32,000 nt of DNA from an uncultured archaeon. GTDB taxonomy: Archaea > Iainarchaeota > Iainarchaeia > Iainarchaeales > Iainarchaeaceae. Positions 16,309-25,348 of this stretch are shown piece by piece. The DNA is taken from contig CAZNZM010000002.1 of the NCBI GenBank assembly GCA_964577555.1, positions 93,012 to 125,011 of the forward strand, in the 5' to 3' direction. The position numbers and the translations under genes were made by a program. Under the pieces are notes generated by a model. It worked only from the letters and a program-made list of their open reading frames with translations. It was not told the origin of the DNA and did no database searches. Position 1 is the first letter of the stretch; each line of letters begins with the position of its first letter.

Positions 16309-17523
16309 TTATGCACCGTGAACTATTTCGATTACATCTCTGTGTTCAAGTATGTGGTCTTTGCCTATTAATTGTTTTGTTTTTACATTTATTGCTTTGA
16401 TGAAGTGGTTTCCAAAGTCTGTGTGTAGCGCAAATGCAAAATCTAGGGCTGTTGCTTCTTTTGGCAGTAAGAAGCAATCTGGCAGGACATTGCCTTTTGA
16501 GTCTGTCAATCCTTTTGTTCCGCCGGGGAATATTGCTTTATAACCTAGTACGCCAAAGACTGCTTTTTCCAGAACTTCCTGTACTCCGGTGGTGCCAAAT
16601 TTTTCCAGGACATTTTTTTTGATGTATTCTATTCCTGTTTTTTGTTTTTCGTTGAGTTCTTTTTTTATTGTAAATTCTTTGTCTCCTGGCGAATATTCTA
16701 TTGCGCCTTCTTTTGATGCTCTTTTTAGTGTAAGTTCCGATATTCCTGAGCAAGGTATTATTATTTTTGTCGGAAATTTTTCTTTTAGTTTTTCAATATT
16801 GGTTTTTGCGGTGGGCAAATCCATTTTGTTTGCTGCTATTATGGTTGATTTTGATATTTCTCTTAATTTTTTGGCGAATTTGAGTTTTTCTTCTTGAGTC
16901 CAATCAGATAGTTTTTTTTCGCCTAATCCTGTTTTATGCATTGCTTCTTCTATGTGTTTTGGCATTGTGCCTATTCCGGAAAGGTTTTGGCTCATCGTGT
17001 TTATTAGTTTTGATTTTGAGTCGATGGGGCTTTTTCCAAATTTTGGCCAGTTTTTTTCAATTATTCCTAAAAACCATAAATCTATTTCTTCTTCAAGGAA
17101 TAGTACGTCGTTGCACGGATCGTATGAACCCATTGGGACGTTTTCCCCTTTTTCGTTTGTGCTTCCGCTTGCATCAACTACGTGTATTAAAATATCTGCT
17201 CTTGACAAGTCTGATAGAAATTGGTTTCCCATTCCTTTTCCTTCGTGTGCTCCTGGCACTAGTCCTGCTACATCAATTAGTTCTACAGGGACATACCTTA
17301 TATGGTTATGGCAAAATCCAGTACGTGGGTTGCATTGTACGTTGAATTCTTTGTCTACACATTCCACTCTGACAAATCCAATTCCTTTATTGGCTTCTAT
17401 GGTTGTGAAAGGGTATGATGCCATTGGCACGTTAAGCATTGTTGCAGCGTTAAAAAATGTGCTTTTGCCAGAACTTGGTTTTCCTACGACACCTATTATC
17501 ATAAAATAAGTTTTTTTTGGCAA
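16309..17523 (-). CDS. OBG/YchF-related GTPase with C-terminal TGS domain
   Basis: P-loop GVVGKPSSGKSTFFNA, FTTIEAN, DVAGLVPGAHEGKGMGNQFL, NKMD, and a C-terminal TGS-like segment ALDFAFALHTDFGNHFIKAINVKT. True start may be 17502. Confidence 0.92.
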   Translation of the reverse strand: MPKKTYFMIIGVVGKPSSGKSTFFNAATMLNVPMASYPFTTIEANKGIGFVRVECVDKEFNVQCNPRTGFCHNHIRYVPVELIDVAGLVPGAHEGKGMGNQFLSDLSRADILIHVVDASGSTNEKGENVPMGSYDPCNDVLFLEEEIDLWFLGIIEKNWPKFGKSPIDSKSKLINTMSQNLSGIGTMPKHIEEAMHKTGLGEKKLSDWTQEEKLKFAKKLREISKSTIIAANKMDLPTAKTNIEKLKEKFPTKIIIPCSGISELTLKRASKEGAIEYSPGDKEFTIKKELNEKQKTGIEYIKKNVLEKFGTTGVQEVLEKAVFGVLGYKAIFPGGTKGLTDSKGNVLPDCFLLPKEATALDFAFALHTDFGNHFIKAINVKTKQLIGKDHILEHRDVIEIVHGA

Positions 17524-17711
17524 AATGTTATAAATTAATTACAATGTTGTTTTTTCTTTGTCTTTGTTTGTAAGTTGCAGAACTAATTTATAATTTGTTA
17601 TAAACCGACTTTAATAATTGAAATCTATTTTATAAAAAACATTGTTTAAAGGCGTTTTTTTGTGCAAATCATTAAATATTGCTTGGTTTTGAATTATTAT
17701 TTGGTTGTTTT

Positions 17712-17921
17712 ATGGGTTTTTTTGGGAATATTTTGGGTTTTGGAAAAGAAAAAAGTAGTGGGGAGAAAAAATTAGAAAGTAGTAAGGTTGAGTTTGAAGG
17801 CAAATATTCTGAAAAGTGCGTTGTTTGTGGCGAGGGTAATACCGAAAAAAAGTGGGCTGGGCAGTATTGGCATAAAAAATGTTTGCGCAAGGGTAAAAAA
17901 ATTGCAAAAGGCATGTTGTGA
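17712..17921 (+). CDS. Small putative zinc-binding protein
   Basis: Short ORF with CVVCG...WHKKCL (CxxC...HxxC) pattern. The ORF opens at 17679 and ATG 17712 gives MGFFGNILGFGKEKS. Confidence 0.5.
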   Translation: MGFFGNILGFGKEKSSGEKKLESSKVEFEGKYSEKCVVCGEGNTEKKWAGQYWHKKCLRKGKKIAKGML

Positions 17922-17924
17922 AGC

Positions 17925-18235
17925 AAAGATTTTTTTTGTTATTTTCATTTCTGGCTGAAACAAAATTCTTTTTTTTCTTTGGCTATCAAAGTTTTTTTTG
18001 GCTTGTTTTTGCTAGCCGTTTTTTTTAGGCAATTTTTTTTCATGTTTTTTTTGGACATTTTTTTTAATTTTTTTTGGCTAGCCGTTTTTTTAGATTATTT
18101 TTTTTGCTTGGTATTTTTTTTGTTTGAAATTTTGTTTTTTTTTGCGAGCCATTTTTTTTCGTTTTTGTGTTCTTATTTTTTTAGCCATTTATTTTTTTTG
18201 TAAGCCAAATTTTTTTATTTTTGAAATTTAATTTG
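17925..18235 (+). repeat. Intergenic T-tract/GCNAGCC-like repeat island 3 (between convergent genes)
   Basis: Cores GCTAGCC (18011), GCTAGCC (18077), GCGAGCC (18144), GTAAGCC (18200). GTTTGAAATTTTG linker at 18122. Confidence 0.7.
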
Positions 18236-18264
18236 TTTTTTCTTTGCTGTTTTTTTTATTTTTT

Positions 18265-18609
18265 TTATATTCTGCCGTATTTGTCCTCAAATCTTTTTAT
18301 ATCGTTTTCATCAAAATGTCCAAAAGATATTTCTAAAAATCTGGCTGTTGACTTTGCCGATATTCTGTGTTTTGCTCCTCGTGGCACTATTATTTTTTGT
18401 CCTTTTTTCAGTTTTGTTTTTTTTCCGTTTATTTCTGCAACCAATCCGTTGTCAAGTGCTATCCATAGTTCTTCTCTTTTTTTGTGTGATTGTAGCGAAA
18501 GTATTCCGCCTTTTTTTACTGTGATAATTTTGATGGTGGTTTTTTGGTTTAAAGTGTATTGTTCGAATTTTCCCCATGGTCTTATTGATGTTATTGTTTT
18601 ATGTTTCAT
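18265..18609 (-). CDS. Cupin-fold mannose-6-phosphate isomerase-like protein
   Basis: RPWGKFEQY...IKIITVKKGGILSLQSHKKREELWIAL...GQKIIVPRGAKHRI, typical of the phosphomannose isomerase type II cupin. Confidence 0.85.
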   Translation of the reverse strand: MKHKTITSIRPWGKFEQYTLNQKTTIKIITVKKGGILSLQSHKKREELWIALDNGLVAEINGKKTKLKKGQKIIVPRGAKHRISAKSTARFLEISFGHFDENDIKRFEDKYGRI

Positions 18610-18708
18610 TTACAAGTAATGATTTATGTGGTATTTATTATTTTTTTTGTTCCAAGCGTTAATAGCAAAAATTAAATAATGTGTTTTCCTTTTTTTTGTG
18701 GTTTTTTT

Positions 18709-19323
18709 ATGATTAGTTATTGGAATATGTTGAAATTTTTTTTTGATCGTTCCGAAGTTGATCGCATTGCTTCTCGCAAATCAAATTTAAAGGATTCTAT
18801 AATGACTTTTGCCAAAGCTTTTTTTCCAATTGCTTTTGTTTTTAATATTCAAATTTCTGTTTTTGTTTTTCTTTATTTGATTTTAACTAATGGTGGCTTT
18901 TTTCAGTCTTTTTTATTGTCTTTGCTTGTTGTTTTTTCTTATTTTATTTTAGCTCCTTTATTTTTTATTTTTCAATTGGTTTTTGCTTTTTTTTGGGGTT
19001 CTATTACTTTTTTTCTTGCTGATTTTATGAAGCATAAAATCGGCAAGTTGGAGGATTTTAATAGCGAGGTTATTTACCTTTTTGCGTGTGTAAACTTTGT
19101 TCAGTGTTTGATGTTTCTTGTGCCTTTAGTTGGTTGGATTTCTGCTTTGTTTTTTCAGTTTTATTCGGTTTCTCTTTATTATAGGCTTGTGGGGTTAAAG
19201 TTTGGTTTAAATGCAGAGCGTGCAGCTATTTTGGTTATGCTGCCTTTGGATATATTGTTGTCTTTTCTTTTAGTGGTTTCTATTATTGGGTTTGTTTTTG
19301 TTATAGGTTATAAGGCGTTGTGA
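18709..19323 (+). CDS. Polytopic membrane protein (possibly Yip1-like)
   Basis: Long hydrophobic ORF with about five helices. Start at ATG 18709 or 18679. Confidence 0.6.
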   Translation: MISYWNMLKFFFDRSEVDRIASRKSNLKDSIMTFAKAFFPIAFVFNIQISVFVFLYLILTNGGFFQSFLLSLLVVFSYFILAPLFFIFQLVFAFFWGSITFFLADFMKHKIGKLEDFNSEVIYLFACVNFVQCLMFLVPLVGWISALFFQFYSVSLYYRLVGLKFGLNAERAAILVMLPLDILLSFLLVVSIIGFVFVIGYKAL

Positions 19324-19398
19324 TTTTTTTTGTTGCTTGTTTTTTGTGGATTGGTTTTCTGTTAATTATTTTTTTTGTCTTTTGTCGGTTTGTTTTTT

Positions 19399-20262
19399 TT
19401 ATTTTATTATTTTTTTTGTCCAATTTGGTATTTCATTAATAAAATCTGATGCCAGGTAAGAATATCCTTGTTTTTTGCGTAGTTTTTCCCCGATTTTTCC
19501 GTTTATGTATGCTGCTGTGCATGCAGCTTCAAAAGGTTTTGCACCCAATGCTATCAAACCTGTGCAAATCCCTGCAAGTATATCTCCTGTTCCGCCTTTT
19601 GTCATTCCTGGGTCGCCAGTGTAGTTTAAATATGTGTTTTTTGAGTCGCTTATGATATCAATTTTTTCTTTGAGCAGGACAATCATATTTTGTTTTTTTG
19701 CAGCTTGTTCTACTATTTCGCATGTTTTTTTGATGTTTTTTTCTAGAATTTTTTTTCCAGTCATGTCTTCAAATTCTTTTTTGTGTGGTGTGATAAGTGG
19801 TGGTTTTTTGAATTTCATGTTTTTGCAGGCTCTTATTGCGTCGGCATCGATTATTAGTTGTGTTTTGCATTTTTGTGCGAATTTTTTTATGAGTTTTTGT
19901 GTTGTTTTTTCTTTTCCCATTCCATTTCCTATTAGTGTTGAATTTGCATTTTTTGACAGTTTTAATAGTTTGTTTAAGTGTTTTTTTGCCCATTTTTTTC
20001 CAGGTATTTTTTTTACAATTAAGTCTGGAGAGTAGGAGTTTATTATCCACCCTGGTTTTTCAAGTGTTGCAACAATGCATAAATCTATTCCTGTGCGCAT
20101 TGCAGCCATGGCTGACATTGCTGCCAGCCCAGCAGCGCCTACTAATTGTTCTGATCCTCCTATTATTAGCGCTTTTCCGTTTTGTCCTTTGTGTGAATCA
20201 GGGTTTCTTTTGATTTTTGAAAAGTATTTTTTTATTTTTGTCCAAGTCAATTTTTTTTTCAT
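19399..20262 (-). CDS. nnrD: ADP/ATP-dependent NAD(P)H-hydrate dehydratase (YjeF C-terminal domain)
   Basis: GGSEQLVGAAGLAAMSAMAAMRTG, IDADAI, LITPHKKEFEDMTG, and GTGDILAGICTGLIALG. Confidence 0.9.
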   Translation of the reverse strand: MKKKLTWTKIKKYFSKIKRNPDSHKGQNGKALIIGGSEQLVGAAGLAAMSAMAAMRTGIDLCIVATLEKPGWIINSYSPDLIVKKIPGKKWAKKHLNKLLKLSKNANSTLIGNGMGKEKTTQKLIKKFAQKCKTQLIIDADAIRACKNMKFKKPPLITPHKKEFEDMTGKKILEKNIKKTCEIVEQAAKKQNMIVLLKEKIDIISDSKNTYLNYTGDPGMTKGGTGDILAGICTGLIALGAKPFEAACTAAYINGKIGEKLRKKQGYSYLASDFINEIPNWTKKIIK

Positions 20263-20267
20263 AAGTA

Positions 20268-22163
20268 TTACTTGAGTGCTTCGTTTATGTGTTTTTTTAG
20301 TATTTCACTTATTTCTTTTCCGCTTATTTTTCCTTTGAGTTGTTTCATTGCGTCTCCCATTAATGGACTTATAGCTCTTTCTTTTTGTTTTTTTATCATT
20401 TCAATATTGTTTTTTACGATTTCTTTTATTGTTTTTTCAGCTTCTTCGTGGCTTGTTTTTCCAGCGAGGTTTTCTAGTAGTATTTCGGTTTTTGTATCTG
20501 GGTTTTTTGCTTTCATTATTGTCAAATCTTTGAGTATTTCTTTGTGTGCTTTTCCTTTTTTGATTAGGTTGATTATTTCTGAGAGTGCGTTCTCGTTTAG
20601 TTCTTCAACTTTTTCTTCTTCTCTTTTTGCTTCGGTTAGTGTTTCAAGCAGGAAAACTGCTGTTTTTTTAGGGTCTGCTCCTTTTTCCACTTCTTTTTCG
20701 AATAATGGTGCAAAATTGCTTAGTTTCATTTCGTTTATGTGTTTTTCATTTAAACCCCATGTTTGGTATAATTTTATTCTCTCTGTTTCGCTTTTTGGCA
20801 TGTTTTCTTTTGCTTCTTCAATCATTTCTTGTGTTATTTCAATGCTTTCAAGGTCTGTTTCTGGGTACATTCTGGCGGCTCCCGGCAGGGGTCTTAGATA
20901 TTCTGTGTTTCCGCCTTCTAGTGCGCCTCTTGTTTCTTCTGGCACACCATCTAAGCATTGTATTGCTCTTTCAACTATTGCTTCTATTGCTGTTTTTGCT
21001 TTTTCTTCTTTTCCTACAACAAATGCAAATGCATCTTCTTTTTTGCATTCGAGTATTTTTGCTATTTCTTCTTTTTCTTTTTGTGTTATTCCGTAATTTG
21101 GCAGTTCGTCGCTGTGGAATATTCCTTTTAGTCCTGATTTTGTTTTGACTCTGTCTGCAAATTCTGTGCCTATCCTTCTGTTTGGTTGTATTTCAATTCC
21201 AAGTATGTTGTTGAATTTTGGGAGTTTTATTCCAATGATTCTTTCTTTATTTACTATTCCGTTTTTTATTATTTTTGATTCGCTTTTTGCAAGTGCTTCT
21301 TCTAAATATTTTGTTTCTGTTTTTATATCTTGTTTTTTGAGCCCTCTTTTTTCCAGTTCTTTTTTTGCTTCTATTAGTTTTGTTTGTCTTTGTGCTTCTC
21401 TTTTTACATATTCGTCGATTATTTCCAAGTCTTGTATGCCCTTTATTTCTACTCTGTTTCCTTCTTTTATTGATACATTTAAGTCTTGTCTTATTGTTCC
21501 AAGTCCTCTTTTTACTTTGCCTGTCAACCTGAATATCGTGCCTATTGCCTTTGCCGTTTCTTTTGCTTCTTCTGGCGTTTCTATTTCAGGTTCTGTTGCA
21601 AGTTCAATTAATGGTATTCCTAATCTGTCCAGTCTGTAATATATTTCTGTTTCGTTTTTTTTTATTGGCCTTGCGGCGTCTTCTTCTAGCACTATTGTTT
21701 GGATTCCTATTGTTTTGTTTTTTAGTTTTATTTCTCCTCCTGTTGCAAGAAGTGTTGTTCTTTGGAATCCTGATGTGTTTGATCCGTCTATTACCATTTT
21801 TCTCATTATAAATGTTTCTTCGATTGGTTGGCTTCCGAACATAATGGCTATTTGGAGTGCTATTTTTAGTGCTTCTTTGTCGATTGGTTGCGGTGGCTCT
21901 TCGTCGATTTCAACTAAGGATATTGTGTCTTTGTATCCTTCGTAAATGTATTTCATTGATTTTTTGAAGGCTTCAATTCCTGCTTTGTCTATTTCTCCTA
22001 ATTCTGATGAAACTATTCTGAGTTTTCTTTTTATTGTGAATTCGGGTTCGTCTTCTCTTAATTTGCTTGGCGTTCTTGAAAACAGTTTTCCTGTGTCTAT
22101 TTGTTGGTGGCATTCCAATCCGCACTTTAACCCTATTTTTTTGAAGTATGAATTATCCTCCAT
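20268..22163 (-). CDS. gatE: Archaeal Glu-tRNA(Gln) amidotransferase subunit E
   Basis: KIGLKCGLECHQQIDTGKLFSRTPS, YKGYKDT-like VLEEDAARP, and RPLPGAARMYPETDLE typical of GatE. Confidence 0.95.
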   Translation of the reverse strand: MEDNSYFKKIGLKCGLECHQQIDTGKLFSRTPSKLREDEPEFTIKRKLRIVSSELGEIDKAGIEAFKKSMKYIYEGYKDTISLVEIDEEPPQPIDKEALKIALQIAIMFGSQPIEETFIMRKMVIDGSNTSGFQRTTLLATGGEIKLKNKTIGIQTIVLEEDAARPIKKNETEIYYRLDRLGIPLIELATEPEIETPEEAKETAKAIGTIFRLTGKVKRGLGTIRQDLNVSIKEGNRVEIKGIQDLEIIDEYVKREAQRQTKLIEAKKELEKRGLKKQDIKTETKYLEEALAKSESKIIKNGIVNKERIIGIKLPKFNNILGIEIQPNRRIGTEFADRVKTKSGLKGIFHSDELPNYGITQKEKEEIAKILECKKEDAFAFVVGKEEKAKTAIEAIVERAIQCLDGVPEETRGALEGGNTEYLRPLPGAARMYPETDLESIEITQEMIEEAKENMPKSETERIKLYQTWGLNEKHINEMKLSNFAPLFEKEVEKGADPKKTAVFLLETLTEAKREEEKVEELNENALSEIINLIKKGKAHKEILKDLTIMKAKNPDTKTEILLENLAGKTSHEEAEKTIKEIVKNNIEMIKKQKERAISPLMGDAMKQLKGKISGKEISEILKKHINEALK

Positions 22164-22205
22164 TTTAAAATAAAAATTGCTTATATGATTTAAAAGTATT
22201 GTTTT

Positions 22206-22472
22206 TTATTTTTGCTTTTGCGGATAAATAAAATAGTTTGGTGTTTTTGAGATTTTTTTTAAAATTGAGTTAAAGTCATAATTTGGCACTCTTAGCCATG
22301 CTCTTTCATGCAAATAGAACAGTATTAGTTTTGTTATAAAGTCAACCAGTCCAAAGCCTATTGCAAGTTCGTGGTTGTTCGTGAATACAAAAAATGTTAG
22401 GCCTGTCACTGCTGATGCCAGTATTCTGAATGTTATTGCTTTCATAAGGCTTCTGGTTCTTGACTCTTTCAT
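22206..22472 (-). CDS. DUF2061-type small membrane protein
   Basis: RSLMKAITFRILASAVTGLTFFVFT...AIGFGLVDFITKLILFYLHERAW pattern. Confidence 0.85.
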   Translation of the reverse strand: MKESRTRSLMKAITFRILASAVTGLTFFVFTNNHELAIGFGLVDFITKLILFYLHERAWLRVPNYDFNSILKKISKTPNYFIYPQKQK

Positions 22473-22576
22473 ATTCTCGCCTGTTTTTATTTAATATTAG
22501 TTGCTTAAATATTTTTCTTTTGTCTTTTCGTAGTTTTTTTGGGCTAAAAATTTGTTTTTTTTATGCTGGTGTTTTT

Positions 22577-23908
22577 TTAGTCGTATCTTGTGAATTCGCT
22601 TATTTCGCCTCTAAGGTTTTTTGTTATAAGTTTTTTGGCTTCGTTTGGCGGATAATTTCCTAATAGCCATGATAGTTTTACGAGTGCTGTTTCTGGTAGC
22701 ATGTCTTCTCCGGAAATTACGCCCAGGTTTGCTATGTCTATTCCTTTGTCGTACACGTGCATTTGTACTCTTCCGTAAACTGTGTTTGTTGTCATTATTG
22801 CTATTCCGCCGTTGTCAATAAACTTTTTGAGTGCGGGGAATATTTTTCGGTGTATTGCAGTGTATTCGTTTGGATCGTGTCCAGGAATATGCCCCAATCC
22901 TGTGCCTTCTATTACGAGTCCTTTGTATTTTTTTTCGTGGAAGAATTCAAATTGTTCCGGAAACATGTTTACATGTGCTTTTAGCAGTCCAACTTTTTCT
23001 TCAAAGTTTGGTTTTATTATCATGTTTTCTTCTGTTCTTTTTGAGTAATTTTTCTTTATGAATTCTATTTTTTTTGTTTCGTAGTCTATGTATGCTATTG
23101 GCGTGTCGTTTATTGGTTTGAATGCATCTCTTCTTGAGGAGTGCAGTTTTTTTGTTTTGCATGCAGGTAGTATTGCGCATTTGTCGTCTGAGCTTGAATT
23201 GTGCATACAGATGGCGACTCCTGCAAAGTCGCTTTGCGCAATGAATTGTGCGGCGCAAATTAGGTTCATTGCAGCATCGGAACTGCCTCTGTCGGAGCTG
23301 CGTTGTGAACCTACAAGGATTATTGGGATTGGGCATTTTTCAATTGCAAAGGATAGCCCTGCTGATGCAACCGCAAGGTTGTCAGTGCCTATTCCTATTA
23401 TGATTCCTTTCACTCCTGTTTCGTATTCTTTTTTTGCTTCTTTTGCTAGTATTTCTATGTGTTTGAATCTTAAATCGTCGGACCACATTTTTGTAATTAG
23501 TTTTGATGTGAAGTTTCCTATTTCCATTAGTTCTGGAAACATTGTGAGAAGGTCTTCTGGTTCGAAGCTTGTTTCGATTCCGCCTGTTCTGTAATCTACC
23601 CGTCCTGCTATTGTGCCTCCTGTGTGTAATATTGCTATTTTTGGAAGTTTTGGGTTTTGTTTTATTTCTTTTTTTTCTGCTTTGGCAGGTTTTTTTATAT
23701 CTTCAAGTTTTTTTATTTCAAGTTTTTCGCTAATTTTGATCCCTATGTTGTATCCTGATTTTAGTTTTAGCCTTATAATGTTTTTTTTGTTTGTTAGAAT
23801 GGGAAGTAAATATCCTGTTAGTTCTTGTTTTCCTTTTTTTATTGAAACTAGTTGCCCTTCTGAAAGGCCGTATTTGTCGTATAATTCTTGTGTTTCCATT
23901 TTTTTCAC
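22577..23908 (-). CDS. gatD: Archaeal Glu-tRNA(Gln) amidotransferase subunit D (asparaginase-like)
   Basis: ILHTGGTIAGRVDYRTGG, GTDNLAVASAGLSFAIE, RSSDRGSSDAAMNL, LHSSRRDAFKPIN, EGTGLGHIP. Confidence 0.95.
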   Translation of the reverse strand: MKKMETQELYDKYGLSEGQLVSIKKGKQELTGYLLPILTNKKNIIRLKLKSGYNIGIKISEKLEIKKLEDIKKPAKAEKKEIKQNPKLPKIAILHTGGTIAGRVDYRTGGIETSFEPEDLLTMFPELMEIGNFTSKLITKMWSDDLRFKHIEILAKEAKKEYETGVKGIIIGIGTDNLAVASAGLSFAIEKCPIPIILVGSQRSSDRGSSDAAMNLICAAQFIAQSDFAGVAICMHNSSSDDKCAILPACKTKKLHSSRRDAFKPINDTPIAYIDYETKKIEFIKKNYSKRTEENMIIKPNFEEKVGLLKAHVNMFPEQFEFFHEKKYKGLVIEGTGLGHIPGHDPNEYTAIHRKIFPALKKFIDNGGIAIMTTNTVYGRVQMHVYDKGIDIANLGVISGEDMLPETALVKLSWLLGNYPPNEAKKLITKNLRGEISEFTRYD

Positions 23909-23932
23909 GCAACATTTTTTGAGCTTATTTTT

Positions 23933-24172
23933 TCAAAATAATTTTTTTTTTAACATTTTTTTTATTTCTTCTAATATAGGTGTTGTTTTTATTTTGTCTG
24001 GGTTTTGGCTTGTTTTTGTTTTATGTGTTTGTTGCAGGTTTTTGCCATTTTTGCAATTTTTTACTGTTGTTGTTGGTTCGTTTTTTTCATGATTGAATTT
24101 TTTGTCAATGTTTTCTTCGCTTATTTTTTTATATGCCTCTTTAATTGGCGTTTTTGGTTTTTTGTTTTTCAT
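23933..24172 (-). CDS. Short hypothetical lysine-rich ORF upstream of gatD
   Basis: 79 aa open frame in the correct orientation just upstream of gatD. No recognisable domain; may be spurious. Confidence 0.3.
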   Translation of the reverse strand: MKNKKPKTPIKEAYKKISEENIDKKFNHEKNEPTTTVKNCKNGKNLQQTHKTKTSQNPDKIKTTPILEEIKKMLKKKLF

Positions 24173-24212
24173 TCATTGATTTGATGTAAAGGTTGTTTTT
24201 TATTAATTTCTG

Positions 24213-25151
24213 ATGCATTTAAAATTAGTGGTTTTTTTGTCTGGTGTTAGTTTTGCTGAACATTTGAGGAAAGAAAAAGTTGATTCTCATATTGCTACTA
24301 TTTTGCTTAAAATTGCTGAAAAATCAAAGCTTGTTAAATCTGCTTTTTTGACTCATATGGGTGTTTCTTCAACCAAGAATATTTTTGGCGAGGAACAATT
24401 GGAGCTTGATAAATTTGCTGATATGACTTTTATGAAGGCCATGGAAAAGTCAAGGCTTGTTCGCACTATTGCTTCCGAAGAGCAGGACAATATTGTTGAA
24501 ATAAAAAAAGCCAAGGGTTCTTATGGAGTGACTTTGGATCCTTTGGATGGGAGTTCTTTGGTTAAGACTAATCTTGCTGTTGGAACTATTGTTGGTGTTT
24601 TTAATGAGGGAAATGTGATGGAGAAAGGCTCCAAAATGGATGCTGCAATGTATATAATTTATGGCCCTCTCACTTCTTTGGTATATACTGCCAAAAATGG
24701 AGTGCACGAGTTCATAATGAATGGCAGGGGGGTTTTTGAATTGAGAAGAGAATCATTGTCTATTCCTGATGGAAAAATTTATTCTCCTGGCGGTTTGCGG
24801 AATGATTGGTTTCCGGAACATTTAAAATTTATTTCAGAACTTGAAAATCAGGGTTATAAATTGAGGTTTTCTGGGGGATTTGTTCCTGATATTCAACAGA
24901 TACTTTCTTATGGCGGGGTTTTTACTTATCCTGCTTTAAAATCTTCGCCTAATGGTAAGCTTCGTTTGGTTTTTGAAGCTAATCCAATGGCTTTGATTGT
25001 TGAACAGGCTGGTGGATTAGGGTCTAACGGGTCAGAATCTTTGCATAACGTTAAGCCTGTGTCTCTTGCCCAGCGCACTCCGATATATCTTGGCGGGAAA
25101 AATGAAGTTGGGTTGGCTAATAAATGCATTTCAACAAAAGCTGTTGATTAA
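24213..25151 (+). CDS. fbp: Class I fructose-1,6-bisphosphatase
   Basis: EEQDNI, GVTLDPLDGSSLVKTNLAVGTIVGVF, YGPLTSLVYT, YSPGGLRNDWF, and GKLRLVFEANPMALIVEQAGG, all class I FBPase signatures. Confidence 0.9.
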   Translation: MHLKLVVFLSGVSFAEHLRKEKVDSHIATILLKIAEKSKLVKSAFLTHMGVSSTKNIFGEEQLELDKFADMTFMKAMEKSRLVRTIASEEQDNIVEIKKAKGSYGVTLDPLDGSSLVKTNLAVGTIVGVFNEGNVMEKGSKMDAAMYIIYGPLTSLVYTAKNGVHEFIMNGRGVFELRRESLSIPDGKIYSPGGLRNDWFPEHLKFISELENQGYKLRFSGGFVPDIQQILSYGGVFTYPALKSSPNGKLRLVFEANPMALIVEQAGGLGSNGSESLHNVKPVSLAQRTPIYLGGKNEVGLANKCISTKAVD

Positions 25152-25154
25152 ATT

Positions 25155-25348
25155 TTCAAATTTGTTTTTTCAATTAATTTATTTTGGTTTTTTTTTGGTC
25201 GCTTTTTTCAGCGGATTTTTTTTCTTTTTCGTTTTTTTTGTCTTTATTTTGGTTAGCAAGTTTTTTTTAGAATTTATTTTCATTTTTGTTGTGGCTTTGA
25301 GTTTTTTTGGCGACCAAAAAAAATTTTATTTTTTGGAGAGATATTTTT
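25155..25348 (+). repeat. Weak/degenerate T-rich intergenic island 4 (between convergent genes)
   Basis: T-tracts with TTAGCAAG-T8, TGGTCGC...GGCGACCA and no complete unit. Related in style to islands 1-3 and 5. Confidence 0.35.

Noticed and set aside
17979-18203. 74-aa Phe-rich ORF in island 3
   Set aside because: Translation of T-tracts; no start context or domain. It lies wholly within the repeat island.
20272-21096. 274-aa + strand ORF antisense to gatE, and other large antisense ORFs (20705..21148, 21145..21639, 23088..23594)
   Set aside because: Serine/phenylalanine-rich shadow frames created by strong strand skew opposite well-supported gatE/gatD coding.
24213-25151. Possibility that this is a second IMPase
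   Set aside because: Class I FBPase-specific blocks (GTIVGVF, YGPLTSLVYT, GKLRLVFEANPMALIVEQAGG) distinguish it from the IMPase at 7612..8379.
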